A stretch of DNA of 64,000 nucleotides from Phoronis australis (lineage: Eukaryota > Animalia > Phoronida). Shown here one piece after another: positions 61,065 to 64,000 of this stretch. The stretch is taken from contig NMRA01000588.1 of NCBI GenBank assembly GCA_002633005.1, forward strand, positions 198,302 to 262,301, given 5' to 3'. The notes under the pieces were generated by a model. That model was not told the origin of the DNA. It was given only the letters and a program-made list of their open reading frames with translations, and did not search any database. The translations under genes were made by a program, and so were the position numbers. Numbering within the stretch: the stretch's first letter is position 1; each line of letters begins with the position of its first letter.

Positions 61065-64000
61065 ACCCCCCCCCCCCCGGAACACGCCCCTTCTTCAACA
61101 CTCGTTATGCAACAACAGGGGTTATGTTTCCGTCACCTTATACATTGTGCTCGTGTCATTAGAACGTCTACCTCCCCGCAGACATTGGCCACGGATACAG
61201 TCACGTTTACCTTTGTTTTGTGAGAATGAAGTACAACTGTATTTTACAAGTGAATAGTGTCCTCTATTTCAGATGCACTGCAAAGATCCCGCAGATGCTC
61301 AGGTGTGGATTGCTATCTTTCATGCTTATTTTCGGGCAATGGTGCCGGTGTTTGCCAAGGGTCAACTTGTAAGTGCCAAGCGTAGGTACGTACATGTACA
61401 ACATTTTACAAATTCAACTGGAATGGTTATACGTTGTTTTGGTCTGCGACTTAAGGTTTTTTGAAAACTGCGCCTCATTGTTTAAAGAAGAAAAGAGCCC
61501 ATTTGGCAATTGTGTTCCAAAAGCTACACAAACGTTATTAACAACATTTTGTGGTAACTTAAATATATAAAATCACCACCTTAGTTGCGAGTGGTTTGGT
61601 TCTGGGTTGTGACCAACTGCATCAACTCCCCGAGAATGTACTACTGTCCCCTGTTGATCGGAGCGGTACTACCGTGTCATTGAATCGTCGGGGCTGGAAA
61701 AATCATGTACCACTTTAGCGTATATCATGTGACTTCGAAAAGTGTAAGCCTACATGCATGCCGTATCAATTCTCAAAAACATCGGCCAGGACCTATTATG
61801 AATTTTAGTCTAACCAAGATCCTTTTAAAATTTAATAATACGACAAAAGGGTTTGTTTTCTGCTTTCCCAATAATGGAACGAGTTCAGTGACGTTGGGAC
61901 CTCCCTGGAAAACCACGACTGCACGAAATTACGCGAGATAGTGCCGTGCATTGTAAATAAAAACGCGTGATTTTGGCTAAATTGATCCGGCCGCAAGACA
62001 GGTATTGTCCTATCCTTTTATGATACCACGTACATTGTACATGTAACGTGTGGGGCAGAATCTAGTCGATGCTTCTTAAACAGGAAGGCGGCGATTGCAA
62101 GATGATGATGAAAAATTATTCTGGACAAATGCCCGGTTGCCTCTATGAAACTGACCCAAGATGAGACTCAACTGATCTTCCTAAATTTAATGCAGAGTTT
62201 TAGTTTTGTTACTAAGCCAAATCGAGAGTGTACTCCACGTTTAGGAATTGTGAATAAGTTAACTTTAGCAGTTATTGCTATTTTTTAAAAAAATATCTGT
62301 TCATCAATTTAAACGTTAGCGTTTTTACAAAGATGGGGACATTTAAGACGGCGTTGATTACAGGGCACATATCAGGTTGAAAAAATTAGTGAAAAAATAC
62401 GATCTTTTGGAACGTTCTGAGAAAGTATTGTCCCGACGTGGTAAAGCCGAGTGGCTCCTCCTGCTGGGCATTGTTGAATATCTATTTTGCGCGAAAATTT
62501 CGTCGCCCTCTCCCAGTGTTCATAGACTACAGCTGCAAGTCTATGGAGCACGGGTGAAATAACTCAAGCCTTGAGTCTGACGTCTCCTTTTCGTTCATAG
62601 TGAAGCTATTGCAGTTTTTGTCTTTGAAAATCGGCTGATTACGACGAACCTTGCGAGTGAACCGGTCAGTCATCAATAGAAGGAGCCAGGCAACTCAGTT
62701 ACATGTAGGTGGGGGAAATTATTTTGCAGTATGTTCAAAACGCCGCAACATATGATTTGTACCCATTGGAACATTTTCACACTGTTGTCGTCAGAAATCT
62801 ATTCTTCGAACTAAAACTACACGAATAATTTGTATTTTGAGATTTTTTCACTCTACTGTTGTAGCTCAATCTGCACAACACAAGTGTCTTTCATTTTGTT
62901 TCTTAGTTAATGACGACTGTAATTACATAATTACCGCTTTGGACTTCATTTTCAGGGAATTGGTTGGTCAAAGGCATGGTCGACTTTTGGAATTTACCTA
63001 GTTAAACATATGTACATGTACTGGCGACCATTTGAAGTCAAAATAAAAATATGTCAAACCACTTTCATCTGTCTCATTATTGCTGCTCTTCTTTCTCCCG
63101 TGGATGTCGTTGGCTGCGAGTTTGAATTTTGATCATTTTCAAAACCCAACTGGTACCATATTAAAGAATCGTTCATGTAATACTGTTGAAGTCTAAAAAG
63201 GCTATGTTGTAGACATCATTTGTATGGGCCAGCAAAGACAGATACCAAAGAGCTGATGAACTGTCTGCCACAAGTGGGCTGAGGACTACATGTAACTTCA
63301 AGGACTGAACAACTGAATGGAGCAGAAGTTACATGTAATTCATCAAATCGTTCTGATATTTCAAAACCTTAACTTGAGCTGCCAGCTCAACTATCACTTA
63401 AAAAAATAACTTACCATTACTACAGTGCATGTATTTGATGATTAGCCTATTTTTCCTTCATGTTATAACAAAGTTGTGACCAACATATAGTCTTCACAGC
63501 TAACATATACAGTACCTGCTTCTCAGGTTATGCCAAAGTTTGTGACAACCGTGTCAGGTAGTTTTATTGTTGTTGCTGTTCTATGTTGTTCTATTTTGGT
63601 ATAAGCTGAGCAATCTATCTGGGGGGCTATTTATGAGAGGGCTCTGTACTGCGTGTAGGCACAGAGTACAAGCAACCTTATTATTAATCTGTGTGATCTG
63701 TTTGCTCCATGCTGGTCTCCCGACGCATACTATTCACCTATTTCACGAACGCGGGGCGCTGCTATCCTGTTGATCGAAAACGAGGCGCCTTGACAAACAT
63801 GGCATCGTCCTGCAAGGTGGTGTGGTCAAAAGACTTATCAACGTTACCAAAAAATCAAGTTGTCTGATGTTGAATCGATCACCAAATGCGCACGCCAACT
63901 AGACTTTTACCCTCCTCAGCCATTTGCTGTGTTCGTAGAACCAGTAAAACAACACAGATGAGAGTAAAATATAATACGTCTATTCGCTTGGAGAACTAAT

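Noticed and set aside
60790-61162. ORFs spanning 60.8-61.2 kb
   Set aside because: Open only because they cross the N gap
63245-63620. Possible small exons on either strand near the window end
   Set aside because: Splice-like signals are present, but frames contain stops or give no recognisable peptide

Overview
Eukaryotic (animal, probably invertebrate) draft-genome sequence. Bases 1 to about 46,000 (+) hold the 3' part of a large multi-exon gene encoding the AKAP9/pericentrin-family (PLP-like) centrosomal coiled-coil scaffold. I traced 36 GT-AG exons with consistent phases (6,768 nt including the stop, about 2,255 aa), ending in a clear PACT domain, plus two candidate in-frame microexons and alternative C-termini. 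Six near-identical tandem 'duplications' are each joined by a single 'n'. They are best read as uncollapsed haplotypes, and they expose allelic variation: missense SNPs, a VNTR of hairpin-forming 56-bp units, and a presence/absence DINE-1/HINE-like insertion carrying CTCF-like motifs. From about 46 to 64 kb the sequence is intergenic, with a MITE, a decayed LINE, a decayed DIRS-type retroelement, a 192-N gap and many TACATGTA motifs, some interrupting TE reading frames like Tc1/mariner excision footprints. I found no convincing novel multi-gene system. All homology calls come from recalled motifs, not database searches.
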